From assembly GCA_950097015.1 (NCBI GenBank), contig CATNEN010000039.1, positions 9,052,001-9,116,000 of the forward strand: a DNA stretch of 64,000 nt, read 5' to 3'. This DNA is from Macrostomum hystrix (Eukaryota; Animalia; Platyhelminthes). The position numbers and the translations under genes are program-made. The notes beneath the pieces are model-generated. The model saw only the letters and a program-made list of their open reading frames with translations, was not told the DNA's origin and did no database searches. Below, piece by piece: positions 13,019-27,099 of this stretch. Each line of letters starts with the position of its first letter. Position 1 is the first letter of the stretch.

Positions 13019-13769
13019 GCACGGCTGCACCGGGTTTTACATCTTCCTGATATCGTGAAAGTGTGAGTGCGAACTGCTCTGTGAGTATGAGCACAATCGT
13101 GTAACTACATTTTCGTGAGCACACCAGGTTGCCAAGCTCCTCTAGTCTGGTCCCAGCCGCATCGATCAGTTAATAATTTCAACTATTTGGCTAGACCGAA
13201 ATAGGGAATATCCCTTTAGAATTCTCCCAGCAACCGCGCTCTGGCGGGGGCGCTAATCTCATTATGCAAATCTTGCCCATCCCTGGCAGCTGCAATTTCT
13301 GTGAGGCACTAATTTGCTTACAACTTTTCCTTTTCTAAAAAAAACTATACAATTTTCTTCAGTTCTCAAGTTTGAAAATCTCTGCATATTCGATCGAATT
13401 CTCTCCCGGCATGAAAGCAGTGCCAAAAAATATTCAAACCAAATGGAATTGCAGATTTTGATTCTTCCAGTAGATGCCTTATTTGGGCAGGCACCGAATA
13501 GAAAAGGCTTCATCCTTGCTAAAATCTAATGGGAAACCAAACATTGTTTGTTTAGTTTTCATCTCAAAATCCGATTCACCAAGTTAATAGATTTTAGTGA
13601 ATGAAGGTTATTCCCAACCGCCTTCATTCTCTAATCTATCCATAGACTTATATTCCTCACTTACTCCAAGTTATCAAATAGTCCCAATTCCTATCTTATC
13701 ACAAACTATCCCCTAGCCAATATTCGCCTCTTTTCCTAAATTATCCCGTGGTCTCTATTCCTCTTCAAT

Positions 13770-15030
13770 CCCAAACTATCCCAAGTCTCTATTCCCCAAT
13801 TATTCCAAACTATCCCACAGTCTCTATTCCCCAATTATCCCAAACTATCCAACCACCTCCAATCCCCAATTATCCCAAACTATCCCACAGTCTCTATTCC
13901 CCAATTATCCCAAACTATCCAACCACCTCCATTCCCCAATTATCCCAAACTATCCCACAGTCTCTATTCCCCAATTATCCCAAACTATCCAACCACCCCC
14001 ATTCCCCAATTATCCCAAACTATCCAACCACCTCCATTCCACAATTATCCCAAACTATCCAACCACCTCCATTCCCCAATTATCCCAAACTATCCAGCCA
14101 CCACTATTCCCCAATTATCCCAAACTATCCCGCAGTCTCTATTCCCCAATTATCCCAAACTATCCCACAGTCTCTATTCCCCAATTATCCCAAACTATCC
14201 CACAGTCTCTATTCCCCAATTATCCCAAACTATCCCGCAGTCTCTATTCCCCAATTATCCCAAACTATCCAACCACCTCCATTCCCCAATTATCCCAAAC
14301 TATCCCACAGTCTCTATTCCCCAATTATCCCAAACTATCCAACCACCTCCATTCCCCAATTATCCCAAACTATCCAACCACCTCTATTCCCCAATTATCC
14401 CAAACTATCCCACAGTCTCTATTCCCTAATTATCCCAAACTATCCCGCAGTCTCTATTCCCCAATTATCCCAAACTATCCCGCAGTCTCTATTCCCCAAT
14501 TATCCCAAACTATCCAACCACCTCCATTCCCCAATTATCCCAAACTATCTAACCACCTCTATTCCCCAATTATCCCTAACTATCCCACAGTCTCTATTCC
14601 CTAATTATCCCAAACTATCCCACAGTCTCTATTCCCCAATTATCCCAAACTATCCCACAGTCTCTATTCCCCAATTATCCCAAACTATCCAACCACCTCT
14701 ATTCCCCAATTATCCCAAACTATCCCACAGTCTCTATTCCCCAATTATCCCAAACTATCCAACCACCTCCATTCCCCAATTATCCCAAACTATCCAACCA
14801 CCTCTATTCCCCAATTATCCTAAACTATCCCACAGTCTCTATTCCCTAATTATGCCAAACTATCCCACAGTCTCTATTCCCCAATTATGCCAAACTATCC
14901 CGCAGTCTCTATTCCCCAATTATCCCAAACTATCCCGCAGTCTCTATTCCCCAATTATCCCAAACTATCCAACCACCTCCATTCCCCAATTATCCCAAAC
15001 TTTCCCACTGTCTCTATTCTCCTATTATCC
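13770..15030. repeat. Minisatellite, 35-bp unit (attccccaattatcccaaactatcccacagtctct and variants)
   Basis: Tandem copies. Confidence 0.95.
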
Positions 15031-15292
15031 CAAATTCCTTAGTTGGTTTTCATATTAAACCCAAAATCATAAGCGAAAGATATATTCCGTATATATTTTC
15101 ACCCACCAGTCACCTGTCAGGTGACACGACAATCATTATTCAATATAAATAGAAGGAATAAATAGTTTATTTAACAAGTGCGTCAAACACAAAACTAGTT
15201 TTTGTTATGAGTTTAAAGTCTAACATTTAGGCGCTAAATTTTATTCCGGTTCGAGTAGCCCCTGGCAACCGTCGCGTCACCTGCACCTGCAC

Positions 15293-18200
15293 ATGTGGCG
15301 CCCACAGTAGGGGCATTGATTTTCTTTGGGTGACTCTTTGACATTTTTGGTCTTTCTGCTTCTCTGTCTGTGAGCAGTTTAAGACGCCTCCAAAAGGTGA
15401 TAAAGCACACTATACGTGAAACAGTGCTCACAAGCAAGTCATTTTCTTCCTCTTTTTCTTCATTCTGCTTCTTCTGCATTGGGAGGGGGGAGTTTTTTTG
15501 TCACACCTTTCCAAACCAGCGCAATGTCAAGTGCTCGGAGAGTTTAGCGATCCGCGGATGCGGAAAATATGTCTCCCCCCTCTAGAAGCAATATTCCGAT
15601 ATCAGAGATACAATGCGACTCGCAGTATGTGTTTGAGTGCTTTATTTTCCCATGTCGGCGGAGTTACAAAAGAAGTTGAAACTATCAACACACACTTTCC
15701 CAACAACTAGGAATCGATTGATAGAGCAAATCCTTTGACTAATTCGATCCCAATGTACTCAATGCCGAAGACTACTCAAATGTGTTCGATGACAAAAATA
15801 CATTTACGAGTACAAGTGGAGCAAGTACATTTTATGCTTTAAAAACTTTTGTAAGTATGAGAGAATATGAACTGCCAAATAGATTCATATAAGTAAATCA
15901 TTTCGATAAAAACTTAATTAGAACTCCTAATCCAAAAGGAATACAATTATTTATAGGTTGCAAATTCGTCTGGATTAGAAATCCTTCTTTATTCGTAATC
16001 CTTTTTTATTGGAAATCCTTTTGAATTAGAAATCCTTTTGGATTGGAAATCCTTTTGGATTGTAAATCCTTTTGGATTAGAAATCCTTTTGGATTGGAAA
16101 TCACTCTAGATTGGAAATTCTTTTGGATTGGAAATCCTTTTGGATTGGAAATCCATTTGGATTGGATTTGAAATCCTTTTGGGTTGGAAATCCTTTTGGA
16201 TTGGAAATCCATTTGGATTGGAAATCCTTTTAGATTGGAAATCTTCTTAGATTAGAAATCCTTTTGGATTGGAAATCCTTTTGGATTGGAAATCCTTTTG
16301 GATTGGAAATCCTTTTGGATTGGAAATCCTTTTGGATTGGAAATCCTTTTGGATTTGAAATCCTTTTGGATTGGAAATCCTTTTGGATTTGAAATCCTTT
16401 TGGGTTGGAAATCCTTTTGGATTAGAAATCCTTTTGGATTGGAAATCCTTTTGGATTCGATTAAGAATCTTTTTGTTAGCTTCGTACTATTATTTTCGGC
16501 AATCCCAAATTTAGCGGCAATTCCTGACGCTATCCAATGGGCTGAACACCAGACCACCCCAACTGGTCTGGGACCAATCCCGCCTTGCCTAATCAGCTGT
16601 CTTTAAATCCTTTTATTATTTAAATCCCAAATCCCAAAGTGCCTTAGCATGAGTCTCCCTTGCCTCATCTAAACGGTGAAGTTGTCCCTAAACTGGCCTA
16701 AAAAATAATTATCAAGTTCATTTAAACTTCCCTAACGAACTTACACTGCCAATTTGTTTCAGAGAATCAGTCTTTGATTCGTGACTATTTCTGCCAGACT
16801 GACCTGGCTGGCAATTCACATCTGTTGAACGCGTCAGCAACTGTGAAGGACATCGACAACGGCAACTGGATTGTCACTGTTGAAGGTGAGAAATGTTCTT
16901 GCTTGTTCCTTGTGTTGTCTATCAACTTGTCTGTAGATTCCAACATCCCCGATCTATCAACTCTGACACCTGACACACATGATCTATCAACACCGACATT
17001 CATGATCTATCAACATAGACATTCATGATCTATCAACATGGACATTCATGATCTATCAACATGGACATTCATGATCTATCAACACCGACATTCATGATCT
17101 ATCAGCACTGACATTCATGATCTATCAGCACTGACATTCATGATCTATCAGCACCGACATTCATGATCTATCAGCACTGACATTCATGATCTATCAACAT
17201 GGGCATTCATGATCTATCAACATAGACATTCATGATCTATCAACACCGACATTCATGATCTATCGACATAGACATTCATGATCTATCAACATAGACATTC
17301 ATGATCTATGAACATGGACATTCATGATCTATCAACATGGACATTCATGATCTATCAACACCGACATTCATGATCTATCAGCACTGACATTCATGATCTA
17401 TCGACATAGACATTCATGATCTATCAACATAGACATTCATGATCTATGAACATGGACATTCATGATCTATCAACATGGACATTCATGATCTATCAACACC
17501 GACATTCATGATCTATCAGCACTGACATTCATGATCTATCAACACCGACATTCATGATCTATCAGCACTGACATTCATGATCTATCAACATGGGCATTCA
17601 TGATCTATCAACACCGACATTCATGATCTATCAGCACTGACATTCATGATCTATCAACATAGACATTCAGGATCTATCACCATAGACATTCATGATCTAT
17701 CAACATGGACATTCATGATCTATCAGCATAGACATTCATGATCTACAACATGGACATTCATGATCTATCAACATGTGCATTCATGATCTATCAACACCGA
17801 CATTCATGATCTATCAGCACTGACAATCATGATCTATGAACATGGACATTCATGATCTATCAACATGGACATTCATGATCTATCAACACCGACATTCATG
17901 ATCTATCAACATGGACATTCATGATCTATCAACATGGGCATTCATGATCTATTAACATAGACATTCATGATCTATCAACATGGACATTCATGATCTATCA
18001 GCATAGACATTCATGATCTACAACATGGACATTCATGATCTATCAACATGTGCATTCATGATCTATCAACACCGACATTCATGATCTATCAGCACTGACA
18101 TTCATGATCTATGAACATGGACATTCATGATCTATCAACATGGACATTCATGATCTATCAACATGGGCATTCATGATCTATCAACATAGACATTCATGAT

Positions 18201-21200
18201 CTATCAACATAGACATTCATGATCTATCAACATGGACATTCATGATCTATCAACATGGACATTCATGATCTATCAACATGGACATTCATGATCTATCAAC
18301 ATGGACATTCATGATCTATCAACATGGACATTCATGATCTATGAACATGGACATTCATGATCTATCAACATGGACATTCATGATCTATCAACACCGACAT
18401 TCATGATCTATCAACATAGACATTCATGATCTATCAACATGGACATTCATGATCCATCAACATAGACATTCATGATCTATCAACATAGACATTCATGATC
18501 TATCAACATAGACATTCATGATCTATCAACATGGACATTCATGATCTATCAACATAGACATTCATGATCTATCAACATAGACATTCATGATCTATCAACA
18601 TGGGCATTCATGATCTATCAACATAGACATTCATGATCTATCAACACAGAAATTTTTAATGTATCAACTTAGAGATCTCCGATCTCTCCACTGTATAATT
18701 CAATATTTTCCTACCTAGCAATACCAGAATTCATACGAGCGCGTAATCGACCCAAAACACAGGCATCTCAGCCGATAGGGGTCAGTCTTGACTGCAAGTG
18801 AAATTGCTGGAACTCATTAAGCATATCGAATTTCCTATCAAACTGCTTGATATTTCTCCAGCCATTCTCAAATCTTCAGTGGTTTGTTTCAGATCACTTG
18901 GAACTCAAATTTCAGCCAGCAGTTTAACAATTCGTCTAACAGATTTGTTTTAATCTATCATCCATCCGTGAAAATTATCTACTCGACAATCGGTCAGCTA
19001 TAACTTTCTATTTTCTAACGACCTGAATAATTATATCCTTGCTTCTGCGTCTAGGTCTTTCCGGCCCAGCGCACAAGGCTGGTTCAGTTCGCACAGAAAA
19101 TCAGTGCTAATTTCAAATTTGTCAATTTCTATCCTGGATTAATTATGATTGCCGTGGGACAAACAAGCCCCTTTTGATTATCTCATTAACAAAGCTGAGT
19201 TAGTCCGATGCTTGGAAACTCGGAAATTTACTGAATTTCTACTGTATCTGTAACCCGTATCCCATAGCAATGATCATTGAGTATAGCTACAGCCAGCCCA
19301 TAGCAATGATCATTGAGTATAGCTACAGCCAGCCCATAGCAATGATCATTGAGTATAGCTACAGCCAGCCCATAGCAATGATCATTGAGTATAGCTACAG
19401 CCAGCCCATAGCAATGATCATTGAGTATAGCTACAGCCAGCCCATAGCAATGATCATTGAGTATAGCTACAGCCAGCCCATAGCAATGATCATTGAGTAT
19501 AGCTACAGCCAGCCCATAGCAATGATCATTGAGTATAGCTACAGCCAGCCCATAGCAATGATCATTGAGTATAGCTACAGCCAGCCCATAGCAATGATCA
19601 TTGAGTATAGCTACAGCCAACCCATAGCAATGATCACTGAGTATAGCTACAGCCAGCCCATAGCAATGATCATTGAGTATAGCTACAGCCAGCCCATAGC
19701 AATGATCATTGAGTATAGCTACAGCCAACCCATAGCAATGATCATTGAGTATAGCTACAGCCAGCCCATAGCAATGATCATTGAGTATAGCTACATCCAA
19801 CCCATAGCTATAAAATTGTTAATTTTCACACGGAATCGGGAAAGTTGGCTAACTGCCTGTCATTTTGTCTAGCGAGGCACCAAAGTTGGCTACTAGGCCA
19901 TAATACTGTTATGTAAATAAAGATAAATAACCGTAGGTGATTGTACTAGCTGGCCATTGCACGGTACACCTCCCTCCCCTTAATCCCATGCAGGAAGCAA
20001 CTTGACAGTTAACAAGCGCGTTCGTGCGGGCATTTTTGGGAGAATTTTTTGGCAGCTTTCCTACCTCCATCTCTCCCCCCCTCTCTCTCATATAAACCCC
20101 TGAAGGGTTCGATTCCCACCGTAGTGATTTATGATGTCTTGCCTGGAAAAATATTGTTTCATAGAAAAGAAATAGTGTTTTCTCTCGCGTCTACGCCCAC
20201 TGCTGATTTAGTGAGGCTGGAATCTAGATTTGGCCAAGTTTTTGTCAGTCGGTAGTATTATTTCAATTCTTCCTACATTTCTTCCCAAAGTCATCCTGAC
20301 AGACTTAGCCAAGATCGCATAGGATATCTTTTTGACAATGAAAATAGAGAACTGAATTGAGATTGCTGTTCAGTTGCCAAGGCTGGCTCGAATGATATTA
20401 TCAAATGCACCCTGTAGGGAGGCAACTAACTTTGTCTATTCAGCCCATTGTTCTCAAACCAATGGCGCAAAAGAAAGACATTGTGAAGCAGTATACGTAG
20501 CATTAGTTTCAGGCTTGACTTGCAGAGAGGAAATGTACTGCTGATCCGTAGTGATGATGACGATTTTGCAGAATTTTCTGTGGCTCCGATGCCAAAGTTG
20601 TGGAAGGAAAGATTGTTAAGCTAATAGCTAGTACTTTAGAAATTGGCCATTCATAATTTAACACTGTATTTTTTTTCCTTGAAGTTTTAAGGAACGCTGG
20701 AGCAGAGAATAAAACGAAGAGCAAGGAAAGGTACAGAAAGGGTTGAAAGGGGGAGAAATTAGGGTAGAAAGAGTAGAAATTTAGAAAGTAGAAGAAAGAG
20801 TAGAAATACAGAAAATGGGGAGAAGTGTTAGAGAGCGGAGAGATAGTAGTAGATAAAGAGATAGGGTAGAAAGGGTAGAAAGCGGAGAGAACGGGTAGAA
20901 AGCGGAGAGAAAGGGTAGAAAGCGGAGAGAAAGGGTAGAAAGCGGAGAGAAAGGGTAGAAAGCGGAGTGAAAGGGTAGAAAGCGGAGAGAAAGGGTTGAA
21001 AGCGGAGAGAAAGGGTAGAAAGCGGAGAGAAAGGGTAGAAAGCGGAGAGAAAGGGTTGAAAGCGGAGAGAAAGGGTAGAAAGCGGAGAGAAAGGGTAGAA
21101 AGCGGAGAGAAAGGGTAGAAAGCGGAGAGAAAGGGTAGAAAGCGGAGAGAAAGGGTTGAAAGCGGAGAGAAAGGGTAGAAAGCGGAGAGAAAGGGTTGAA

Positions 21201-24200
21201 AGCGGAGAGAACGGGTAGAAAGCGGAGAGAACGGGTAGAAAGCGGAGAAAAAGGGTAGAAAGCGGAGAGAACGGGTAGAAAGCGGAGAGAAAGGGTAGAA
21301 AGCGGAAAGAACGGGTAGAAAGCGGAGAAAAAGGGTAGAAAGCGGAGAGAACGGGTAGAAAGCGGAGAGAAAGGGTAGAATTTAGGAGAAAAGGGTAGAA
21401 ATCGGAAAGTAGTCTTTCTTGAGTACATGTTAACCTGAAAATTGCAAGTCCGTGTTATTTCTAGAATTCATCAATAGAAATTAGTCTAGAATGTAAATTA
21501 GATAAATTTATTATGAAACCTCGGCCAAAAGAGATTTTCTCCTGATGCAAAAGTCTAGTTCGAAATAGTCGTCAAGGCACCCATTGAGTGACACGACGAG
21601 ACTCAAAGAAAACAGTTTCGCTCTCATCTCTAGCGGCTAAAAAAGGCCGGAAAAATGTCTCAGAAGAGCGGAATTAGATTAGCAGTTGAGTCTACTCACT
21701 GTCGAGTTGGCCAAAGACTAGGTCGCTTGTGGTATAGTTATTTGGCTTTGCCGCAGTAGATTATTTAGCTACTGATACCTACAGAATATATCAATGGTAT
21801 GCTAATACTGTGTGTTTACACACAGGTGGGCTAGAAACTTGGCTCCCCTTCCAACAGTCCACGGACAGGACAGTTGGATGTACTTTTGATCCAATCTGCA
21901 TTCGACAGTTTCGTGTCTAGTAAATATAACTCTATTAAAAAGTATTATATTCAATAACTCTTATAATTATTATATACAATCAGGCCCGATTTGCAGCCCA
22001 CGGCTATTGAATTAGGCTGTTCAGTCCATGGACTGGTGGGAGGCCACATCCACCCTTAATTGCCCCGCTGATGCTGGGACCCATTTAACAGCTGGGTGGA
22101 CTGAAGCAATGCTGAGTTAAGTGTCTTGCTAAAGTACACAAATTGTTCCAGTGGAGTCAGGAATCGAACCCCCGACCCAAAGTACTGAAGACCACGGAGG
22201 GTTTTCAAATTTTTCTCACGTCCAAACATTTCCGCTCCATCCGATTTTTATCCCATCCCATCCCGCAGGCGCAGTGGAGGTTTCCTCGGTGATCGCCGGG
22301 CTGTCTCCCGTGGCCTACCTGCGCGCCCAGTTGAAGGACCTCGGCCCCAGCCGCAGGCGCCTGTTCCAGCAGGACTGGCTGGTGCAGCTATCGGGGGTGG
22401 GCCAGCTGAGCGGTCGTTTCCGAGTCTCCGTCCAGTTTGCATCGGCCGCAGCATCGGACAAGCGGCAGCAGCAGCAGGTCGATCTTGAATTAGACCTCGA
22501 CGATTGTCGGGGCCGGAGGCGTCGAATCTATCTCACCGTGGTTGTCGCAGTCGGCGGCGGCGTCGGCGGCGGCGGGAGCGGTGGCTTCGGCGGCGGCAAG
22601 CGCGGCTTGAATAAGGCCGAAATTGTCGGCGTCGGCATCCGGGGCGGCGCGATGCCACTGGTACTGTGCGCGGCATTGCTGACCCTGTACACAGTTCTGT
22701 TAGTCTCGTTGGTCGCTTTGAAAGTTTTTCTTTACAAGCAACAATTGCAGCAGCAGCAGCGGCAGCAGCAAAGGTAAAAAGTTTAGAATTAAGGGAGACT
22801 GGATAGATGTACAGTGGACAGGCGAGCCGCCCTTACAGTTGTCCAGTCCATACACTGGGGAGTCGCCACACCTAATAGAAGCACTAATTTTTGTAACCGT
22901 ACAAAACTCTTGAAGGTTTTCAACAAACCAGCAGCAACAGCAGCAGCAGTCAAGCGGTTCCAACATTGGCTGGCAGAGGCGGCTATTGATTGCGGCTTAC
23001 GTAACAGCTAGAATCGCGTACAGCCTGCTGTTCACCTTCACTGCTGCGCTGGCCATTGTGCAGTGGCTGCAGTCTGCCGAGCTGGCCCGCCTGATCAGTC
23101 GCGACAATTTGGCGGCCTTCAATCAGCCACAGCAGCAGCAGCAGCAGCAGCGACAGACGGCGGCAGCTCGTGTTGCCATGGTAACGGTGCTCGATCGAAT
23201 GCGCTCAACGGCAGATCGGCAGCAGGTGGCCCAGATGCGCCAGCTGGACCGGATGCGGCAGGCCTGCCAGAGGTCGCTGAGCGAGGATTTCAAGAGACTG
23301 TCGGCGAGTTTCCTCACCCTGGCGGACTCCGGCTGGTCCGGTCGTCCCGGCGGCGAGGACGATCCTGCGGGCCTGCTAACCGGCCGGTTCAAGCGACGGC
23401 ACGCCGAATTCGCCGCGACAATGTCCGACTATCTCGAGGCTCAAGTGGAATCGATTCAGCGTCAGCTAGACGGTCGCTATGCGGCCTACGCGAGGCGGCT
23501 TCGAGGTCTGCGCAGCAACGCTTGGCTTGGCTTTCCTCGCTCGCTGTTTAACCGGAGCGGCACCGCTAGCAGAGTCTTTGTTGAGTCTTTGTACGACTTC
23601 CAGCAGGCGGCTCCGACCGGCTCCAGAGAGAATCGGCTGCCGCGGCTTCGACGAGCCGATGTTGACTTCATGACATTCCTGGAAGACACAGCGGCTGGCG
23701 AGTTGCACTTGATTCCGACACGCCTGTGGCGAAGGTATCTGCTGCCTTCCTAACTATCACTGTCTCTCTGATACTTGTATCTGATTGGCTAGATCACTCG
23801 TTTCACTCTTACCCTTTACTGCCTTCTGATTGGTCGACACTCCGCCCGTCTCTATCGGATCGAGACCCTCCAAACCCTTGCAGTGAACCAAATTCTCTGA
23901 CTTTGCAGGTACGACGAGATGCTGCCAAACTACAATCAACTGCCAGAGCTAAAACTGGCCCTAGAAACTGGCAGCAGCAGCAGCAGCAGCAGCAGCTGGC
24001 CACAGCAGGAAATTCGAGCCGGCACAGTCGACTCGCACCGCTACTTCAGCAGCGAAGATGACTCGGCGTTGACGCCAGGCTCCGATCAGCTGTTGGACGA
24101 GTCCATCGCGCAGGCCGAAGCAGCAAAAGCAGCAGCAGCGGCGGCGGCAACGTCGGGGGCGTCTCTGGCATTGCCCCAGCTGACTCAGCTGCGGTTGCTG

Positions 24201-25805
24201 CTGCTGCTGCTGGACCTGCTGCTGCTGGCGCACCGAGTCTGTGGCACAGCCGCCGCAGTGCGCCGACTGATGCAGCTGCATCGCGGTGTTCAGGTGAGGC
24301 AGTGCTTGCAGTCCAAGTGATTTACAAAATCAATACCGTGAGACAGGCTTTCAACTCATGGGAGCACTTTTTCTCGCGCAGACGAATCGTTGGGGCAAAT
24401 CGGCTACAGCGTCAATGACACCGGCGCTGGCGTCTTCCTGTTCGCTGGTCGGAGCTGACTCACCCGCCTCCTGCTGCCTTCTCACCGGGCACTGCCAGGC
24501 CCTGCTGTGTGCGACCGCCTTTGCCGCTGTGCTGCTCTGCGCGCTGACCGTCAGCAGGCAGGTGAGCGACGCCGCGGGGGCCGACATTCGAGCCGCCGGG
24601 CGGGACAGCCAGCACCGGCTGCTGGCCAGACTGGTGGCGGCAACCGGCGCCGAGACGGAGGCGTCGGCACGCGCGTTGAATGGGCCTGACCTTCGTGGCG
24701 CCTTCCAGGCGGAATCAGCGCTGGAATCGGCGCGCCTGGCACAGCTGGCGGCAAGGTTTAACTACGATCAGGTTGGTGCTGCTGAGCAAATTTCAACGAG
24801 TCACAGAAATAAAAAACCAGTTTGACTTTGGGCAGGAAATTAGCGAACACTTGGGGTAGAAAAATCGGAGTGTGCAAAGGTTTTAGATCGGAAAGTGTAC
24901 ACTTGGAGTAGAATATCGGAGGGGTGAGAGGCGGGGTTCGGATAAGAAATTAGCGTACACTTGAGGTAGAAAAATCGGAGTGTGCAAAGGTTTTAGATCG
25001 GAAAGTGTACACTTGGAGTAGAATATCGGAGGGGTGAGAGGCGGGGTTCGGATAAGAAATTAGCGTACACTTGGGGGGCAGAAAAATCCTGGGATCGGTT
25101 GGCTAGTCGATGAATGTACACTCTTAGGTATCATGGGGCTGTAGTGTAACTTATCAAGTCGCATATTCTATCGAACTATGACAATGGATAGACCATGGAG
25201 CTTAGACCAATCCTCTCTCTTAACTGCAGGATTACATTAAGCAGACTCGAGCTAGCCAGATGTGCCACATTCGCGAAGAGGACGGTGCCCGCACGGACTG
25301 CCCGACCGCAGCCGCTTCTGGCCCAACCAAAACAGTGAAATACGAAGATCAGCCGTGCAACTACCTGCCAGTGGACAGCGGCGGCGACTTCTCAACTCTG
25401 CTCAACTCGGACCGGGCCAGCTTCGACACGACGTCGCCAGTTTCTATTGGCCAGCTGGCAGCAGACGCTCACAGCCTCACTCTGACAGTCACGGTGCTGA
25501 GTGTATGCGGCCTCCTGCTGGCTGGCTGCTGCCACCTGCTCGGCAGAATTGTATTTGTCGTAGCCGAGCTCAGAGCCAACTCAGCTGCTGGCGAAGTGTC
25601 GACAGCGTCAATCGAGTTGCCATCCGCGCCAACGACGGGGCGGCATCGGCTGCAGGCTGCTCGGCCGGCTGAGCATCCAATGTCGCAGCTTCCTCCGCCG
25701 CCATTGCCGCCGAACGGGCCAGCCAGTCGACGCCGATGTCCGCAGCATCATTCGCTGCATCAGCTTGAAGCGATGCGGTGCATTGTGGAGGAGTCCAATG
25801 TGTGA
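15293..25805 (+). CDS. ~1003-aa signal-peptide, multi-pass membrane protein: beta-rich ectodomain plus about five TM segments, possibly distantly DC-STAMP/OC-STAMP-like
   Basis: Phase-consistent exons 15293-15306, 15425-15624, 16763-16885, 22269-22773, 22916-23734, 23909-24293, 24382-24771, 25230-25805. N-terminus MWRPHAHKQVIFFLFFFILLLLHW. TMs LVLCAALLTLYTVLLVSLVAL, IAAYVTARIAYSLLFTFTAALAIV, LLLLLLDLLLLA, ALLCATAFAAVLLCALTV, LTVTVLSVCGLLLAGCC. First three exons less certain; family call is inference. Confidence 0.75.
15970..16460. repeat. Intronic minisatellite, 17-bp unit (ggattggaaatcctttt)
   Basis: Tandem copies; unit contains a ggat...atcc inverted pair. Confidence 0.95.
16950..18650. 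repeat. Intronic minisatellite, 23-bp unit (gacattcatgatctatcaacatg)
   Basis: ~70 tandem copies. Confidence 0.97.
19261..19810. repeat. Intronic minisatellite, 36-bp unit (cccatagcaatgatcattgagtatagctacagccag), very homogeneous
   Basis: ~15 near-identical copies. Confidence 0.97.
20860..21400. repeat. Intronic purine-rich minisatellite, 20-bp unit (agcggagagaaagggtagaa)
   Basis: Tandem copies. Confidence 0.95.
22014..22197 (-). mobile_element. CORE-SINE (MIR-like), family 2
   Basis: Minus-strand B box ggttcgattcc; plus strand cccatttaacagctgggtggactgaagc...gttaagtgtcttgc resembles the reverse complement of the MIR/CORE domain. Confidence 0.75.
24838..25085. repeat. 110-bp tandem duplication (~2.2 copies) in intron
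   Basis: tagcg(a/t)acac recurs at 24841, 24951, 25061. Confidence 0.9.
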
Positions 25806-26039
25806 CAGCAATGCAACAAGCTCTTGTTCAATCACTTCACGAAAATTCCCCCTGCAATAATTTAACTCCTGAGTGTCCTGTCTTTAAAGTTTGTGTCTAA
25901 AATTCTGCATCTACTCATAGTAGTGGATACATTGCTTATTTTGTTGACAATCCGATTTAGTTGCATTTTTTAAACCGAAATACCGAAAATCCTTTTAAAT
26001 ATTTACTACAGGCAGCTGCTGTAGGATATATTCTATATA

Positions 26040-26725
26040 TAGTCTGTCTTAGTGTCTGTCTAACAGGTTAGTGTCTGTCTAACAGGATAGTGTCTGTCTA
26101 ACAGGTTAGTGTCTGTCTAACAGGATAGTGTCTGTCTAACAGGTTAGTGTCTGTCTAACAGGATAGTGTCTGTCTAACAGGTTAGTGTCTGTCTAACAGG
26201 ATAGTGTCTGTCTAACAGGTTAGTGTCTGTCTAACATGTTAGTGTCTGTCTAACAGGATAGTGTCTGTCTAACAGGATAGTGTCTGTCTAACAGGTTAGT
26301 GTCTGTCTAACAGGATAGTGTCTGTCTAACAGGTTAGTGTCTGTCTAACAGGTTAGTGTCTGTCTAACAGGTTAGTTTCTGTCTAGCAGGTTAGTGTCTG
26401 TCTAACAGGATAGTGTCTGTCTAACATGTTAGTGTCTGTCTAACAGGATAGTGTCTGTCTAACAGGATAGTGTCTGTCTAACAGGTTAGTGTCTGTCTAA
26501 CAGGTTAGTGTCTGTCTAACAGGTTAGTGTCTGTCTATCAGGATAGTGTCTGTCTAACAGGTTAGTGTCTGTCTAACAGGTTAGTGTCTGTCTAGCAGGA
26601 TAGTGTCTGTCTAACAGGATAGTGTCTGTCTAACAGGATAGTGTCTGTCTAACAGGATAGTGTTTGTCTAACAGGATAGTGTCTGTCTAACAGGTTAGTG
26701 TCTGTCTAACAGGTTAGGGTCTGTC
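26040..26725. repeat. Minisatellite, 19-bp unit (tagtgtctgtctaacagg[t/a])
   Basis: Tandem copies. Confidence 0.95.
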
Positions 26726-27099
26726 ATTTTAACAAGTCTTGCTTATCCTCCGCTTGATGACATAATTGTCCAAATGCCGCCATGTCCATTTCGCCATAAA
26801 TTTTTGCTTACTAAGCAAAATGTGTTAATGTGTTGCAGCATTTCTGTTAATAACTGTTGTTATTTACAAACTTGTGCTTGTATTTGTAGTTTTTGTTTTC
26901 TTCGTAAATGGATTATTTGATGCATAGCAATATATAGTTCCTGCTTGCAGATCGTAATTAAAAAAAACAAGATTAATTAAAAAAATTAATTAACACCCGA
27001 GCGTTAACTGGGGACTTAATGTTCTAAAAACAAACAAAATTCCGATCCATTACATCTTTTTCATTTCTATTGCTTACAGCTTGTTATAGATTGGATTGG

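Noticed and set aside
15435-15500. Spliced-leader-donated ATG for gene 2 (MQVIFFLFF...)
   Set aside because: Possible in flatworms, but a cis first exon 15293-15306 supplies an in-frame ATG and the required AAG acceptor is weak
19261-19810. CRISPR-like 36-bp palindromic repeats
   Set aside because: No unique spacers, no cas genes, eukaryotic intron context
12396-21428. Repetitive ORFs (SRLDSGL, IPNYP, AVAILNDHCYGL, LSAFYPF)
   Set aside because: Translations of tandem repeats with no codon-level constraint
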